Positions 43,734 through 54,338 of a stretch of DNA of 64,000 nt are shown piece after piece (position 1 is the stretch's first letter; every line of letters starts with the position of its first letter). A program made the position numbers and the translations under genes. Source of the stretch: Pirellulaceae bacterium (GTDB lineage: Bacteria; Planctomycetota; Planctomycetia; Pirellulales; Pirellulaceae); assembly GCA_022446825.1 (NCBI GenBank), contig JAKVBY010000043.1, positions 10,986 to 74,985 on the forward strand. Reading direction: 5' to 3'. Below the pieces are notes generated by a model, which did no database searches, was not told the origin of the DNA, and saw nothing but the letters and a program-made list of their open reading frames with translations.

Positions 43734-45191
43734 ATGACGAGCTATCCAAAAATCGCGCAGCTAAAAACTGTCGAGGCTTTGCGCGCGCGATTAAGTGAAC
43801 TTGACTTAAAAGTTGTCGTCGATGATCACGTTTTATCTGCCGCCGCTGGCTCACCTTTAGCCAAGCCGCTCGAGGTTGGTAGCTTCCAAATCGGAAATCG
43901 CTGGTGTATCCATCCGATGGAAGGCTGGGACGCTAATCAAGATGGCTCCCCTTCCGAATTAACACTGCGCCGGTGGCACAACTTTGGCCGGAGCGGCGCA
44001 AAATTGATTTGGGGAGGCGAAGCAGCCGCCGTACAACGCGACGGGCGTGCAAATCCACACCAAACCTTGGCTATCCCTGAAAACCGAGACGGCTTGCGAA
44101 CCTTGTTGACAACGCTGCGTTCCGCTCATCTCGATTGTTTTGGCACGACGGACGACTTATTGGTTGGGTTACAACTAACGCATTCTGGGAGGTTCTGTCG
44201 CCCCAATTCAAAGTCATTAGAGCCTCGAATTGCATATCACCATCCATTACTAGATGAAAAATTTGGGATTGAGCCAACTGACGAAGGCCTTGTTTGGACC
44301 GACGATGACCTGCACCGGCTGATCGACAATTATGTTTTGGGGGCACGACTAGCCCAAGAAGTTGGTTTTCAATTCGTTGACATCAAAGCATGCCATGGTT
44401 ATCTACTGCACGAATTTCTTAGCTCTCGCATCCGTCCAGGTGAGTTTGGTGGCGATTTTGATGGACGCACAAAATTATTACGAACCATTGTAGCTCGTAT
44501 CCGTGATGAGATTCCTGCTCTAATGATTGGTGTTCGCCTGAGCGTGTTTGATACCCCACCCTATCAAACGGGCCACGCCATTGGTCAACCCATGAACTTT
44601 CAAGATCTATTGCCCTACAAGTTCGGGTTCGGTGTCGATGAAAACAATCCTCTCTGTATGGATTTGACAGAACCGCTGCTGTTAATTCGACAACTCGTCC
44701 AGTTAGGTGTTGTCGCCATCAACGTTTCCTGTGGCAGTCCTTACTACAATCCACACGCACAACGCCCCGCTATTTTTCCACCGAGTGATGGCTACTTGCC
44801 GCCCGAAGACCCTCTCGTCGGAGTGGTCAGACAATTGCAGGCAACGCAGCAATGTAAAGAAGCGTTTCCTGCGCTTCCAATCATTGGTTCCGGTTATTCC
44901 TACTTACAAGACTTTTTGCCACATGTCGCACAAAGTGCCGTTCGCCAAGGCTGGGTGGATGCCGTAGGAATCGGGCGGATGGTCTTATCGTATCCAGAAC
45001 TTCCAGACGATTGCCTCAAGGGACGCAAGTTACAACGAAAACAGATCTGTCGAACATTTAGTGAGTGTACGACTGCACCACGTCATGGACTCGTTTCGGG
45101 TTGTTTTCCATTAGATACCCACTACAAACAACTTCCCCAGGCCAACGAACTAAAAGTTATCAAGCGGCACACAAAAGACACCCCGTCCTAA
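43734..45191 (+). CDS. NADH:flavin oxidoreductase, Old Yellow Enzyme family
   Basis: It has an OYE TIM-barrel signature (HPMEGWD; KACHGYLLHEFLSSRIRPGEFGGDF..R). A C-terminal Cys-containing tail (CRTFSECT...GC) is reminiscent of the Fe-S linker of 2,4-dienoyl-CoA-reductase-like members. Confidence 0.8.
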   Translation: MTSYPKIAQLKTVEALRARLSELDLKVVVDDHVLSAAAGSPLAKPLEVGSFQIGNRWCIHPMEGWDANQDGSPSELTLRRWHNFGRSGAKLIWGGEAAAVQRDGRANPHQTLAIPENRDGLRTLLTTLRSAHLDCFGTTDDLLVGLQLTHSGRFCRPNSKSLEPRIAYHHPLLDEKFGIEPTDEGLVWTDDDLHRLIDNYVLGARLAQEVGFQFVDIKACHGYLLHEFLSSRIRPGEFGGDFDGRTKLLRTIVARIRDEIPALMIGVRLSVFDTPPYQTGHAIGQPMNFQDLLPYKFGFGVDENNPLCMDLTEPLLLIRQLVQLGVVAINVSCGSPYYNPHAQRPAIFPPSDGYLPPEDPLVGVVRQLQATQQCKEAFPALPIIGSGYSYLQDFLPHVAQSAVRQGWVDAVGIGRMVLSYPELPDDCLKGRKLQRKQICRTFSECTTAPRHGLVSGCFPLDTHYKQLPQANELKVIKRHTKDTPS

Positions 45192-45629
45192 AGAAACGGC
45201 TCGACGAGCGTGTTTATGGATACCGCTGTGAGAATGTTTCTCGGGAACCGTATTTTGAGCCCCGAAAATAGGGGCTTCTCTTCAGTGGCCAAGGTTAGCG
45301 TCTCGTAAACTCCGAAAGCAAACGTATTTCCCAGCTCTTTCCCACGCAAAAGCATATTGCTGTTCATCGACCACTCCACAGGGCGTTTCGTAAATACGAG
45401 ATCACCAGCGGCCAGACTCGAAGAACGTCATAGTAGTTACCACATCGGCCAGCTGCGTCACAAGTATTCTGAAGCCCAGCAGCGCACAAGGTTTTGAGAA
45501 AACCTTGTGGAAAGGATGTTTCCACAAAGTAAAGCGGGCATTGCCTGAGGTCTTCTAAACGCAAAACCCAGCTTCGCTTTGCTTACTTTTGAAGCCTCCA
45601 CAGCGCTTTGATTCATTTACCAATGGCCT

Positions 45630-48600
45630 GTGACGAAATCAAATCGGTCGATCTGTTCCTGTGCGGACGGGTCCACTAGAATCCTGTCTCCTCTATCACT
45701 GGCATCGGGCTTAATGCATGTAATGGCAATAGGACCATTCCGGGAAATGCCTCGTGGCCTTGAATCGGCGCCCGGCTTCGCCGAAATCGTCACAGCCCTG
45801 CGGGATCAGCAGGCAGCGACGGTCGACGGAGCCTGGGGTGCTTTGTGCGCATTGTTAACTGCAGCGGTGCGAAACCAAATCTCCTCTCCAATCGTCCTGG
45901 TTTGTCCTAAACCGGATGACATCGACCTCCTTTGCGGCGACTTAGAGATCTTTTCGTCCGGTCCCGCAACACGGTTTCCAGCTTGGGAATCCAATTTTGG
46001 CGAACAAGCCATTCACGACGAGATTTTTGGAGAACGATTACGCGCTTTGAAACAACTGGCAATCAATGAACTTCAAGAGGCTGCTGTACCCCATGAATCG
46101 CCTTTACTGGTAACAAGCATCCAAAGTCTACTTCAGCCAGTTCCTGGCCCAAAAACCGTACGCCAAAGTACCCGCACACTACGGGTAGGAGAATCGCTTG
46201 AGATCGATGCCTGTCTACGTTGGCTCGTCGAACATGATTTCCACAACACGAGCGCTGTGGAACTTCCTGGCGAATTCTCCCAGCGGGGCGGAATAATCGA
46301 CCTTTTTGCCCCAGATTGGACCACACCGGTTCGCATTGAACTGTTTGATGATGAAATTGAATCAATCCGGCGATTTGATCTTACATCACAAAGAAGTACA
46401 GAACATTTATCAGAAATCGAGATCACAGCCCTACCCCCATCCACACGAAATGATGGTCAATTCGCGGACTTTTTACCAGCTGACAGCTGCTTCATTTTCC
46501 TAGAACCAGAGCAGATTGAAACGCAAGGCCAACAATTTCTAGCGCGACTCGAACGACCGCAAGATTTTTTTTCGGTCGCCGATGTCAAGAAAGCGACCGT
46601 CTCTTTTGCCAACCTGAGCGTCTATGGAATTTCCCCTGGAAGCTTCGGGCCAGCATGCCATTTGTCATTCGAATCCGTGGAGCGATTTAGCGGCGAGATT
46701 GGGCGAGTTCGGGACGAACTTGATCGAATTGGTGAAGGTCATGACGTTTATGTTGTCTCGCCCACGGAAGCCGAAATAGAACGGCTGGGCGAACTTTTGG
46801 CAAACACCAACCTAGCGGGTCGCGGGAACTTACACTTCGGCATCGGTAACTTGAGCGCGGGGTTCCGTTTTCCTGCAACAAAAACGGTTGTCGTTACGAG
46901 CCATGAATTGTTTCACCGCGGAGAGCTTCGTCGCATCCCACGACGGCGACTCGGTAAGGCGATCGATAGTTTCCTTGACCTCCAAGAGGGTAATCTTGTG
47001 GTCCATTTGGCCCACGGAATCGGTAGATACCGTGGCTTGGAATTACTGAACAAAGACGGGGTTGTCGAAGAACATTTGGTGATTGAATTCCACGGTGGCA
47101 CCTGCATCTATGTTCCGGCAACTCGCATTGATTTAGTGCAAAAATATGTCGGGGGTGCCAAAAGTCGCCCTGCGTTAGCTCGCATCGGAGGCAAAGCCTG
47201 GCTGAAGCAAAAGAAAGCTGCGGAAGCGGCGGTAGCAGACTTGGCAGCAGAAATGCTGGAACTACAAGCAGCGAGGGTCGCGCGACCCGGCATTAGCTTT
47301 GCCGTTGAGTCTGATTGGCAACAAGAATTTGACTCTTCCTTTCCTTACCAAGAAACCACCGATCAGTTGACCGCCATCGATGCAATTCGCAATGACATGT
47401 TAGCCTCTCGCCCAATGGATCGCTTACTCTGTGGAGATGTCGGCTTTGGAAAAACGGAGCTTGCCATGCGAGCATCTTTTAAAGCCGTCGACAACGGTTA
47501 TCAAGTGGCCGTACTTGTACCTACAACGATCCTAGCGGAACAGCATTTCCGCACGTTTCGCGACCGCATGGCCGAGTTCCCCTTTGACATCGCAAAACTA
47601 AGTCGATTTTGCTCGACAAAGGAACAGAAGGACGTCGCCGAAGGCCTTGCTCTGGGGCGCATTGACATTGTCGTCGGAACCCATCGCTTAGCATCAAAAG
47701 ACATCGAATTCTTCAACCTTGGCCTTGTCATCATTGATGAAGAACAAAGATTCGGCGTAGAAGTCAAGGAACGACTTAAATCTTTGCGATCCACTGTGGA
47801 TATCCTCACGATGAGTGCAACGCCGATTCCACGCACACTCCACATGTCACTCGTCGGCGTTCGGGACATCTCAAACTTAGAAACACCACCCGAAGATCGC
47901 ATTGCCGTCGAGACGCGTGTTACGCGTTGGGACAACGAGTTGATACGTCGAGCGGTATTACGAGAATTGAATCGTGGCGGGCAGATCTACTTCGTACACA
48001 ATCGAGTCAACGATCTCCACGTAGTGGAACAGAAGCTAAAACAGATTGTCCCCGAAGCTCGCATTCAAATAGGTCACGGGCAAATGCCGGAGTCGCAACT
48101 TGAGCAAGTCATGGTCGATTTTGTCTCGCATCGATTTGATCTACTCCTAGCTACAACCATCGTCGAAAGTGGTCTCGACATTCCCAACGCAAACACCATC
48201 TTCATCGATGAAGCGGATCGCTACGGCCTTGCAGACCTGCACCAACTTCGCGGACGCGTCGGTCGTTATAAGCATCGTGCTTTTTGCTATCTCATGATCG
48301 ACCCAAACCGACATATATCGCCAACTGCAAGCAAACGATTACGCGCTATTGAGGAATTCAGTGATATGGGAGCCGGCTTTGCGATTGCCATGCGCGACCT
48401 AGAAATTCGTGGCGCCGGTAATCTTCTGGGAACACAACAAAGCGGACACATTTCTGCAGTCGGCTACGAGTTGTATTGCCAACTCCTGGAATCCTCGGTT
48501 CGGTCGCTGCAGCAATTACCCGCCCATATCCGTCTTGAAATCGACATTGACCTGCCCGGTGAGGCATTTTTAACCGATGGCTATGTACCGGACATGCGAA

Positions 48601-48956
48601 CCAAAATTGATATCTACCGGCGACTCAGTCGCGTAGATGATTACGATAAACTGAGCCACTTACGTATGGAACTCGTGGATCGTTTCGGCGCACTTCCCGC
48701 TGCGACAGAACGGCTCTTCGAACTAACCGAATTAAAGTTGGACGCAGCTGTCTGGCAAATTGCGGCAATCTACCTGGAAGATAACTTTCTAGCCTTCCAC
48801 TACACAAACCGCCCCCGAATTGAACAACTGGCTCGACAAAGAAAGAAGTCGTTACGAATTGTCGATGACCGAATGGCGTATCTCAAGTTAACCAAAGAGG
48901 TTAAAGCAAATGAAGACTTATTGAAGACCGTCAAATCGCTGTTGCAGCCTAACTGA
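45630..48956 (+). CDS. mfd: Transcription-repair coupling factor Mfd
   Basis: The ORF is 1108 aa. It has an RNAP-interacting (CarD-like) region (LQEGNLVVHLAHGIGRYRGL) and SF2 helicase motifs (GDVGFGKTELAMRA, IIDEEQRFGV, TMSATPIPRTL, QLRGRVGR). It also has a TRG motif region and a C-terminal D7 domain. The start is uncertain: GTG at 45630, or internal ATGs at 45714 or 45723. Confidence 0.93.
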   Translation: MTKSNRSICSCADGSTRILSPLSLASGLMHVMAIGPFREMPRGLESAPGFAEIVTALRDQQAATVDGAWGALCALLTAAVRNQISSPIVLVCPKPDDIDLLCGDLEIFSSGPATRFPAWESNFGEQAIHDEIFGERLRALKQLAINELQEAAVPHESPLLVTSIQSLLQPVPGPKTVRQSTRTLRVGESLEIDACLRWLVEHDFHNTSAVELPGEFSQRGGIIDLFAPDWTTPVRIELFDDEIESIRRFDLTSQRSTEHLSEIEITALPPSTRNDGQFADFLPADSCFIFLEPEQIETQGQQFLARLERPQDFFSVADVKKATVSFANLSVYGISPGSFGPACHLSFESVERFSGEIGRVRDELDRIGEGHDVYVVSPTEAEIERLGELLANTNLAGRGNLHFGIGNLSAGFRFPATKTVVVTSHELFHRGELRRIPRRRLGKAIDSFLDLQEGNLVVHLAHGIGRYRGLELLNKDGVVEEHLVIEFHGGTCIYVPATRIDLVQKYVGGAKSRPALARIGGKAWLKQKKAAEAAVADLAAEMLELQAARVARPGISFAVESDWQQEFDSSFPYQETTDQLTAIDAIRNDMLASRPMDRLLCGDVGFGKTELAMRASFKAVDNGYQVAVLVPTTILAEQHFRTFRDRMAEFPFDIAKLSRFCSTKEQKDVAEGLALGRIDIVVGTHRLASKDIEFFNLGLVIIDEEQRFGVEVKERLKSLRSTVDILTMSATPIPRTLHMSLVGVRDISNLETPPEDRIAVETRVTRWDNELIRRAVLRELNRGGQIYFVHNRVNDLHVVEQKLKQIVPEARIQIGHGQMPESQLEQVMVDFVSHRFDLLLATTIVESGLDIPNANTIFIDEADRYGLADLHQLRGRVGRYKHRAFCYLMIDPNRHISPTASKRLRAIEEFSDMGAGFAIAMRDLEIRGAGNLLGTQQSGHISAVGYELYCQLLESSVRSLQQLPAHIRLEIDIDLPGEAFLTDGYVPDMRTKIDIYRRLSRVDDYDKLSHLRMELVDRFGALPAATERLFELTELKLDAAVWQIAAIYLEDNFLAFHYTNRPRIEQLARQRKKSLRIVDDRMAYLKLTKEVKANEDLLKTVKSLLQPN

Positions 48957-49174
48957 ATTCATCGATATACTTCTGCCCCGCACAAGCAGGTCACAAGCGG
49001 ATTTGTTCTGAATTTGTTTGCAACTCATCACGGGTTAACACCTCTTGGCGGTATTGCCTCCGAGGTATTTGCAGCTTTGATTTTAAGGTTCTGACCACTT
49101 TTCCGAAGGACGGTTAGCCGAACTAACGCCAATCCTTACTTTTTGTTTGCTTCGGTCCACTCGAAAACATTTTC

Positions 49175-50692
49175 ATGTTACGCCGTTCCCCTCAAATAGT
49201 ATTTCCCCTGGTCGTTTTCGCCAGTAGCTTGTTTCCCATTGAGGATTTGAGCGCGCAATTTGATTCTGCGGATCCTTATTTCCAGCCGCCCCTCAAGTCC
49301 TCCATGATCTCAACGTCTCCTCAAAGCACGCCCGACTGGCGCAGTGCTTACCAATTTCAGGTGGATCCCAAACGCCAACAGAACGGCGGTTTATTAGAAC
49401 TTCAGATGCCCGGCAACTTGGCAGCTCAAGCACAGGCTCCGACTCGCGTGGCTAGGAACCCGCAAGCGCCGCCCGCCCGAGTGCCACTATCCCGCCTACC
49501 TGGCCAAACGATCTCCGAGGAATCAAATCCTCTCACACAACGTGGGAGGCAATTCAACAATTCCTTCCCACAGCAAGGCGCTACAGGTTTTGTAAATCCG
49601 AGACAACGCCCAACAGCATTTCACCAGGGTACGCCAAACCAAACCGTTAACTGGTCAACAACAAATCTGTTCCAACCGGCCCAAATTTTGGCAAAGGTAG
49701 GAGAAGAAACCATCTTCTACGGCGACATCTCGCCACAAGTCGAACAGGCAATCCATGGCTACCTCAAGGATCTCTCCGAGGAAGAAAAGGCCAAATTCAC
49801 AGAAGATGAACTTAACCGCCAGCGGGAAATGCTCATTAAGCAACTGTTGCCTAATGCTGTGGAAACAAAAATGCTCTATGTCGCATTCTTGAATGACGCC
49901 AAGCGATCTGCTCCAGCTGACAAACTTGAAGAAGCCCTTAGTAACGTCCATGATCGCGCCAAAGAGTCCTTCGACGAAACCGAGCTACCGCAAGCACTGG
50001 AACGCGCCAAGGTCACCACATCTCGGGAACTCGACACACACCTACGTCAGTTCGGTTCCTCGCTGGAAAAACAGCGTGAAATGTATGCAGAGCAAATGCT
50101 CGGACGCTCCATCGTCGGACAAAATATCGATCGCGACAAGGAAGTTACCTTTGATGAACTCTTGTCCTATTACCATCAAAACGCTGAGAAATACGCAATC
50201 GAACCAAGGGCCCGTTGGGAACAACTAACAGTACTCCATGATCGCTTTGAATCAAAAGCGGCCGCCTGGCGAGCAATTGCATTCATGGGCAACGAAGTCC
50301 TCCGAGGCGCGCCGTTTGGAGCGGTCGCAAGTCGTAGTTCTCAAGCCTCCAATGCCGATGAAGGGGGCCTTCGTGAAGCCACACAAGGAAGTCTCGTCTC
50401 AGAACCAATTGACAGAGCAGTTTTCCATCTACCCACAGGACAACTCAGCCGCATCATCGAAGATAATCGAGGATTCCATATTGTTCGAGTCCTGGAACGT
50501 AATCGAGCAGGTCGAGTTCCCTTCGAGGAAGTGCAGCCCGAAATAAAAAAAGACATTCAAAAAGTAAGAATGCGCGATCAAATTTCCGCATTTCTTACCA
50601 AGCTGAGAGAAGAGATTCCAATCTCGACCATTTTCGAACAGACGCATCACGCCGATGAGAGCAGCCGCAACGACTTCACGATTCCACGCTGA
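49175..50692 (+). CDS. Secreted parvulin-type peptidyl-prolyl isomerase / SurA-PrsA-like chaperone
   Basis: It has a signal peptide and a Q/P-rich spacer, followed by a SurA-N-like helical region. The C-terminal PpiC-type block reads ...EPIDRAVFHLPTGQLSRIIEDNRGFHIVRVLER. Confidence 0.7.
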   Translation: MLRRSPQIVFPLVVFASSLFPIEDLSAQFDSADPYFQPPLKSSMISTSPQSTPDWRSAYQFQVDPKRQQNGGLLELQMPGNLAAQAQAPTRVARNPQAPPARVPLSRLPGQTISEESNPLTQRGRQFNNSFPQQGATGFVNPRQRPTAFHQGTPNQTVNWSTTNLFQPAQILAKVGEETIFYGDISPQVEQAIHGYLKDLSEEEKAKFTEDELNRQREMLIKQLLPNAVETKMLYVAFLNDAKRSAPADKLEEALSNVHDRAKESFDETELPQALERAKVTTSRELDTHLRQFGSSLEKQREMYAEQMLGRSIVGQNIDRDKEVTFDELLSYYHQNAEKYAIEPRARWEQLTVLHDRFESKAAAWRAIAFMGNEVLRGAPFGAVASRSSQASNADEGGLREATQGSLVSEPIDRAVFHLPTGQLSRIIEDNRGFHIVRVLERNRAGRVPFEEVQPEIKKDIQKVRMRDQISAFLTKLREEIPISTIFEQTHHADESSRNDFTIPR

Positions 50693-50751
50693 ACTTCAGG
50701 TGCTCCCAGCATTTCCATTTTCGACTGAGAAAATAGATAAGGAATCCGCGC

Positions 50752-51279
50752 ATGCGGCCGCGCTCCAACATCGAACTCAAAGCACGCATTGATTCCGTCT
50801 CCGTTGTGCAGAAGTTAGTCAGCAAGATGACCACGACTCGATTAGATGATGAGCATCAGGTCGATACTTATTTTCACTGCCCTCATGGGCGTTTAAAGCT
50901 GCGTGAAATCAATGGCAACCAAGCTACCCTGATTTCCTATGAGCGTCCCGATACGGTCACTGCCAAGCAATCCACCTATCAACTTGTTCCGATCGACAAA
51001 CCAGTCCTACTCAAGTCTGCCTTAGCCCAGACGTTGGGAATACGCGCCGTAGTCGATAAAGTGCGGCAGATCTTCCTTTTCAAGAATGTGCGCATCCATT
51101 TGGACAAAGTACGTGAACTGGGCGAGTTTCTCGAATTTGAGGCCGTCCTCGATGAAAACCACACCGCAGAAGAAGGCCAAAAACATGTGCGTTATTTAAT
51201 GAAAGCGCTCGCTGTCACAAAAATGGACCTCTTGACAGGATCCTATGGTGAGATGATCGCGGCAAAAACGCAGCGGTAA
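50752..51279 (+). CDS. CYTH-domain protein (class IV adenylate cyclase / triphosphatase-like)
   Basis: The ORF is 175 aa. IELKARI...QVDTYF.CPHGRLKLRE....ATLISYERPD...VRIHLD.V..LG.FLEFE matches the CyaB/CYTH beta-tunnel pattern, including the N-terminal ExK motif. Confidence 0.75.
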   Translation: MRPRSNIELKARIDSVSVVQKLVSKMTTTRLDDEHQVDTYFHCPHGRLKLREINGNQATLISYERPDTVTAKQSTYQLVPIDKPVLLKSALAQTLGIRAVVDKVRQIFLFKNVRIHLDKVRELGEFLEFEAVLDENHTAEEGQKHVRYLMKALAVTKMDLLTGSYGEMIAAKTQR

Positions 51280-51578
51280 GCCGTGTTTCAAGCTACCGCA
51301 GACGTGCAGCTACACGTGTAACGGTTGAAATCCAAGATCTACAGCCATTTTGGCGGGCGATTGGGTCGGTTTTAGCGTCTAGAGGCAACGACTCTAGAAT
51401 CACAAATGGTGACAGAGTGGACAAATCGCTTTTTTTTCAGAACTTTTGTTTCGATGAATTCCGGCACTATTGCGTCGGGTGAATTGTGAAACGTCACCCA
51501 GGTCGTTAAACTGCTGAGGAAATTTCTATCGTGTCAATTCTTAAGTAGTCTCACACTGCACCCGGGAGCAGCCGTCAG

Positions 51579-52895
51579 ATGAGTTCGGTTGTGGAGAAGG
51601 AACTGATGTCGCAAGTTGCCAAACTGAGTATCGATAATCAAGAACTCGACCTAAACATTGTTGAAGGATCTGAGGGGGAACGCGCACTCGATATCTCAAA
51701 ACTACGTGCACAGACCGGCTGTGTGACGCTAGATGAGGGATACGTTAACACCGGATCAACGCCAAGTTCAATTACTTTTCTCAATGGGGAAGAGGGTATT
51801 CTGCGTTATCGTGGTTATCCGATCGAGCAGCTTTGCGAAAATTGTGATTTTGTCGAAGTCAGCTACTTATTGATTTATGGGGAATTGCCATCCGAACAAC
51901 AGCTACATGATTTTCGCATGTCCATTCGCCGACACACGATGCTTCATGAAGACGTGCGGTCTTTTTACAACGGTTTTCCCCGCGACGCCCATCCGATGGC
52001 GATCTTGTCATCCGTGGTCAGTGCGTTGTCCACTTTTTACCAGGATGCTTTGGACCCGAACGACGAAGAACAAATCCAATTGTCTGTATTGCGATTGATG
52101 GCAAAACTACCAACAATTGCGGCCTATAGTTACAAAAAATCATTCGGACAACCTTTCATCTACCCTAAAAACGACCTTACTTATTGTGAGAATTTTTTAC
52201 GGATGATGTTTGCTGTTCCGAGTGAACCTTACGAGGCAGATCCTGATTTCATTAGTGCTCTCAATCTCTTGCTGATCGTACACGCTGACCACGAACAGAA
52301 TTGCAGCACCTCAACCGTGCGCATGGTAGGCTCTTCCAATGCCAATCTCTTTGCCTCAATCGCTGCTGGTATTTGCGCCTTGTGGGGGCCATCTCACGGA
52401 GGAGCGAACGAAGCGGTTGTGAATATGCTCAACCAAATTCTTCTCGATGGTGGCGGTGTTAAGAACTTTGTTACCAAAGTTAAAGATAAAACAAGTGGCA
52501 TCCGGTTAATGGGATTCGGTCACCGTGTTTATAAAAATTACGATCCACGGGCCCGTATCATCAAAATTGCCTGCGATAAGCTGTTAGCAAAACTGGACAT
52601 CGACGACCCATTATTCGAAATAGCCCAAGAGTTGGAAGAAGTTGCTCTGAAAGATGAATACTTTGTGTCACGCAAACTCTATCCCAATGTCGATTTCTAC
52701 TCCGGTGTGGTCTATCGCGCACTCGGAATTCCAGTGCAAATGTTTACCGTCCTGTTCGCCATTGGACGCCTGCCTGGCTGGGTCGCTCATTGGATGGAAA
52801 TGCACAAGTCACCGAACTTCCGTATCTGCCGACCACGGCAAGTCTATACGGGAGAAAATGCTCGTGATTTTGTGCCGCTCGAAGAGCGAAGCTAA
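51579..52895 (+). CDS. gltA: Citrate synthase (type II, hexameric-type length)
   Basis: The ORF is 438 aa. It has LLIVHADHEQNCSTSTVR, GPSHGGANE and MGFGHRVYKNYDPRA, the catalytic His/His/Asp signature blocks of GltA. Confidence 0.95.
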   Translation: MSSVVEKELMSQVAKLSIDNQELDLNIVEGSEGERALDISKLRAQTGCVTLDEGYVNTGSTPSSITFLNGEEGILRYRGYPIEQLCENCDFVEVSYLLIYGELPSEQQLHDFRMSIRRHTMLHEDVRSFYNGFPRDAHPMAILSSVVSALSTFYQDALDPNDEEQIQLSVLRLMAKLPTIAAYSYKKSFGQPFIYPKNDLTYCENFLRMMFAVPSEPYEADPDFISALNLLLIVHADHEQNCSTSTVRMVGSSNANLFASIAAGICALWGPSHGGANEAVVNMLNQILLDGGGVKNFVTKVKDKTSGIRLMGFGHRVYKNYDPRARIIKIACDKLLAKLDIDDPLFEIAQELEEVALKDEYFVSRKLYPNVDFYSGVVYRALGIPVQMFTVLFAIGRLPGWVAHWMEMHKSPNFRICRPRQVYTGENARDFVPLEERS

Positions 52896-53126
52896 TCGCT
52901 AATTGAAAACACTCGTCTGAGAGACCAATCCTTTCTTTTCCCAACGACTGGTATGTGGTTCATTCCATTTTAAAATGGGTGTTGTCAAGTCACGAACTTC
53001 CCTGCAACAGGGCTCTAGCCGAATGCTCTTGGTCCACTACTCTTGGCCGTTGGATCGACTAGAATACGAGCAGTTTACGTCGGTACGGCGCATGCTTGTC
53101 ACACAAGACTTTTTAGGATCGTCATC

Positions 53127-54305
53127 ATGAATCGATGTCACCAATTTCGATTTTTTGTCACGGCAACCTTTCTGGCTGGTTTTGTCACAACGGCAGCAGC
53201 ACAGAAAAGCTCACCAGACAACGCAGTCGCATCGCATCTGCAGGCCCTGCAGGCGGTTGGAAAAAAAGGTGAGGGTCACCGAGCAGCTACAGCAGCCTGG
53301 AAACACCTCTCCCAGACCGATGCTACCCAAATCACCGAAGTACTCGCCGGCATGGATGGCGCCAATGAATTGGCAACAAATTGGATTCGTGCAGCAGTCG
53401 ATGCCATCGCTGAACGTCAGTTACGAAGTGGTGGAAAGTTGCCCACAGACTCCTTAGAAGAATTTCTCATCGACACGAAACATGCACCCCGGGCACGCCG
53501 GGCGGCTTACGAATGGCTGCGGCGTGTTGATGCTTCAGCCGAAGGGCGATTGATACCTGAGCTGATGAATGACCCCAGTGCCGAACTCCGGCGCGACGCC
53601 GTCGAAATGACCACAAACAACGCTGCGGAACTACTCCAAACGGAAAAAAAAGAAGATGCGATCCTTGCCTACCGCAGCGCTTTTCGCGCCGCACGGGATA
53701 TTGACCAAATTCAAGACATTGCCGACACGTTAAAAGATTTAGAGCAAACGGTTAACTTACCTCGTCATTTCGGGTTCCTGTTGAACTGGCACTTAATCGC
53801 TCCCTTCGACAACAGCGGAATGAGCGGCTTTGATTCAGTTTACCCACCAGAAGAAAAAGTTGACCTTCAAGCTGAATATCAGGGTAAGGGTGAAGTCACA
53901 ACGTGGGCACCGCATACGACCGACGATGAATTTGGAACCGTTGACCTGAATGCGACACTTGGAAAAATTAAAGGCGCTATCGCTTATGCCTATACAGAAT
54001 TTTCCTCAGCTGAGTCGCGCAATGTCGACCTACGCTTAGGTTGCATCAACGGTAATAAAATTTGGCTGAATGGTGAATTGGTAATGTCAAATCACGTCTA
54101 CCATGCCAGCACAGCGATCGATCAATACAAAGTGAAAGTAAAACTCAAGAAAGGATCCAATGCGATCCTGGTCAAGATTGCGCAAAACGAACAAGAAGAA
54201 GGTTGGGCGCAACGTTGGCAATTTCAATTGCGTGTTTGCGACCAATATGGCACAGCCGTCTTATCGACGGATCGCGAGAAAAACAAGACAGCCCTTCTTG
54301 ACTAA
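53127..54305 (+). CDS. Hypothetical secreted protein (N-terminal helical repeats plus C-terminal jelly-roll-like domain)
   Basis: The start ATG 53127 gives MNRCHQFRFFVTATFLAGFVTTAAAQ, a signal peptide. The C-terminal half (WHLIAPFDN...IWLNGELV...ILVKI) resembles galactose-binding-like beta-sandwich domains common in planctomycete proteins. Confidence 0.6.
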   Translation: MNRCHQFRFFVTATFLAGFVTTAAAQKSSPDNAVASHLQALQAVGKKGEGHRAATAAWKHLSQTDATQITEVLAGMDGANELATNWIRAAVDAIAERQLRSGGKLPTDSLEEFLIDTKHAPRARRAAYEWLRRVDASAEGRLIPELMNDPSAELRRDAVEMTTNNAAELLQTEKKEDAILAYRSAFRAARDIDQIQDIADTLKDLEQTVNLPRHFGFLLNWHLIAPFDNSGMSGFDSVYPPEEKVDLQAEYQGKGEVTTWAPHTTDDEFGTVDLNATLGKIKGAIAYAYTEFSSAESRNVDLRLGCINGNKIWLNGELVMSNHVYHASTAIDQYKVKVKLKKGSNAILVKIAQNEQEEGWAQRWQFQLRVCDQYGTAVLSTDREKNKTALLD

Positions 54306-54338
54306 TAAAAACAACTGAAATTTCTGACAGGTCATATC

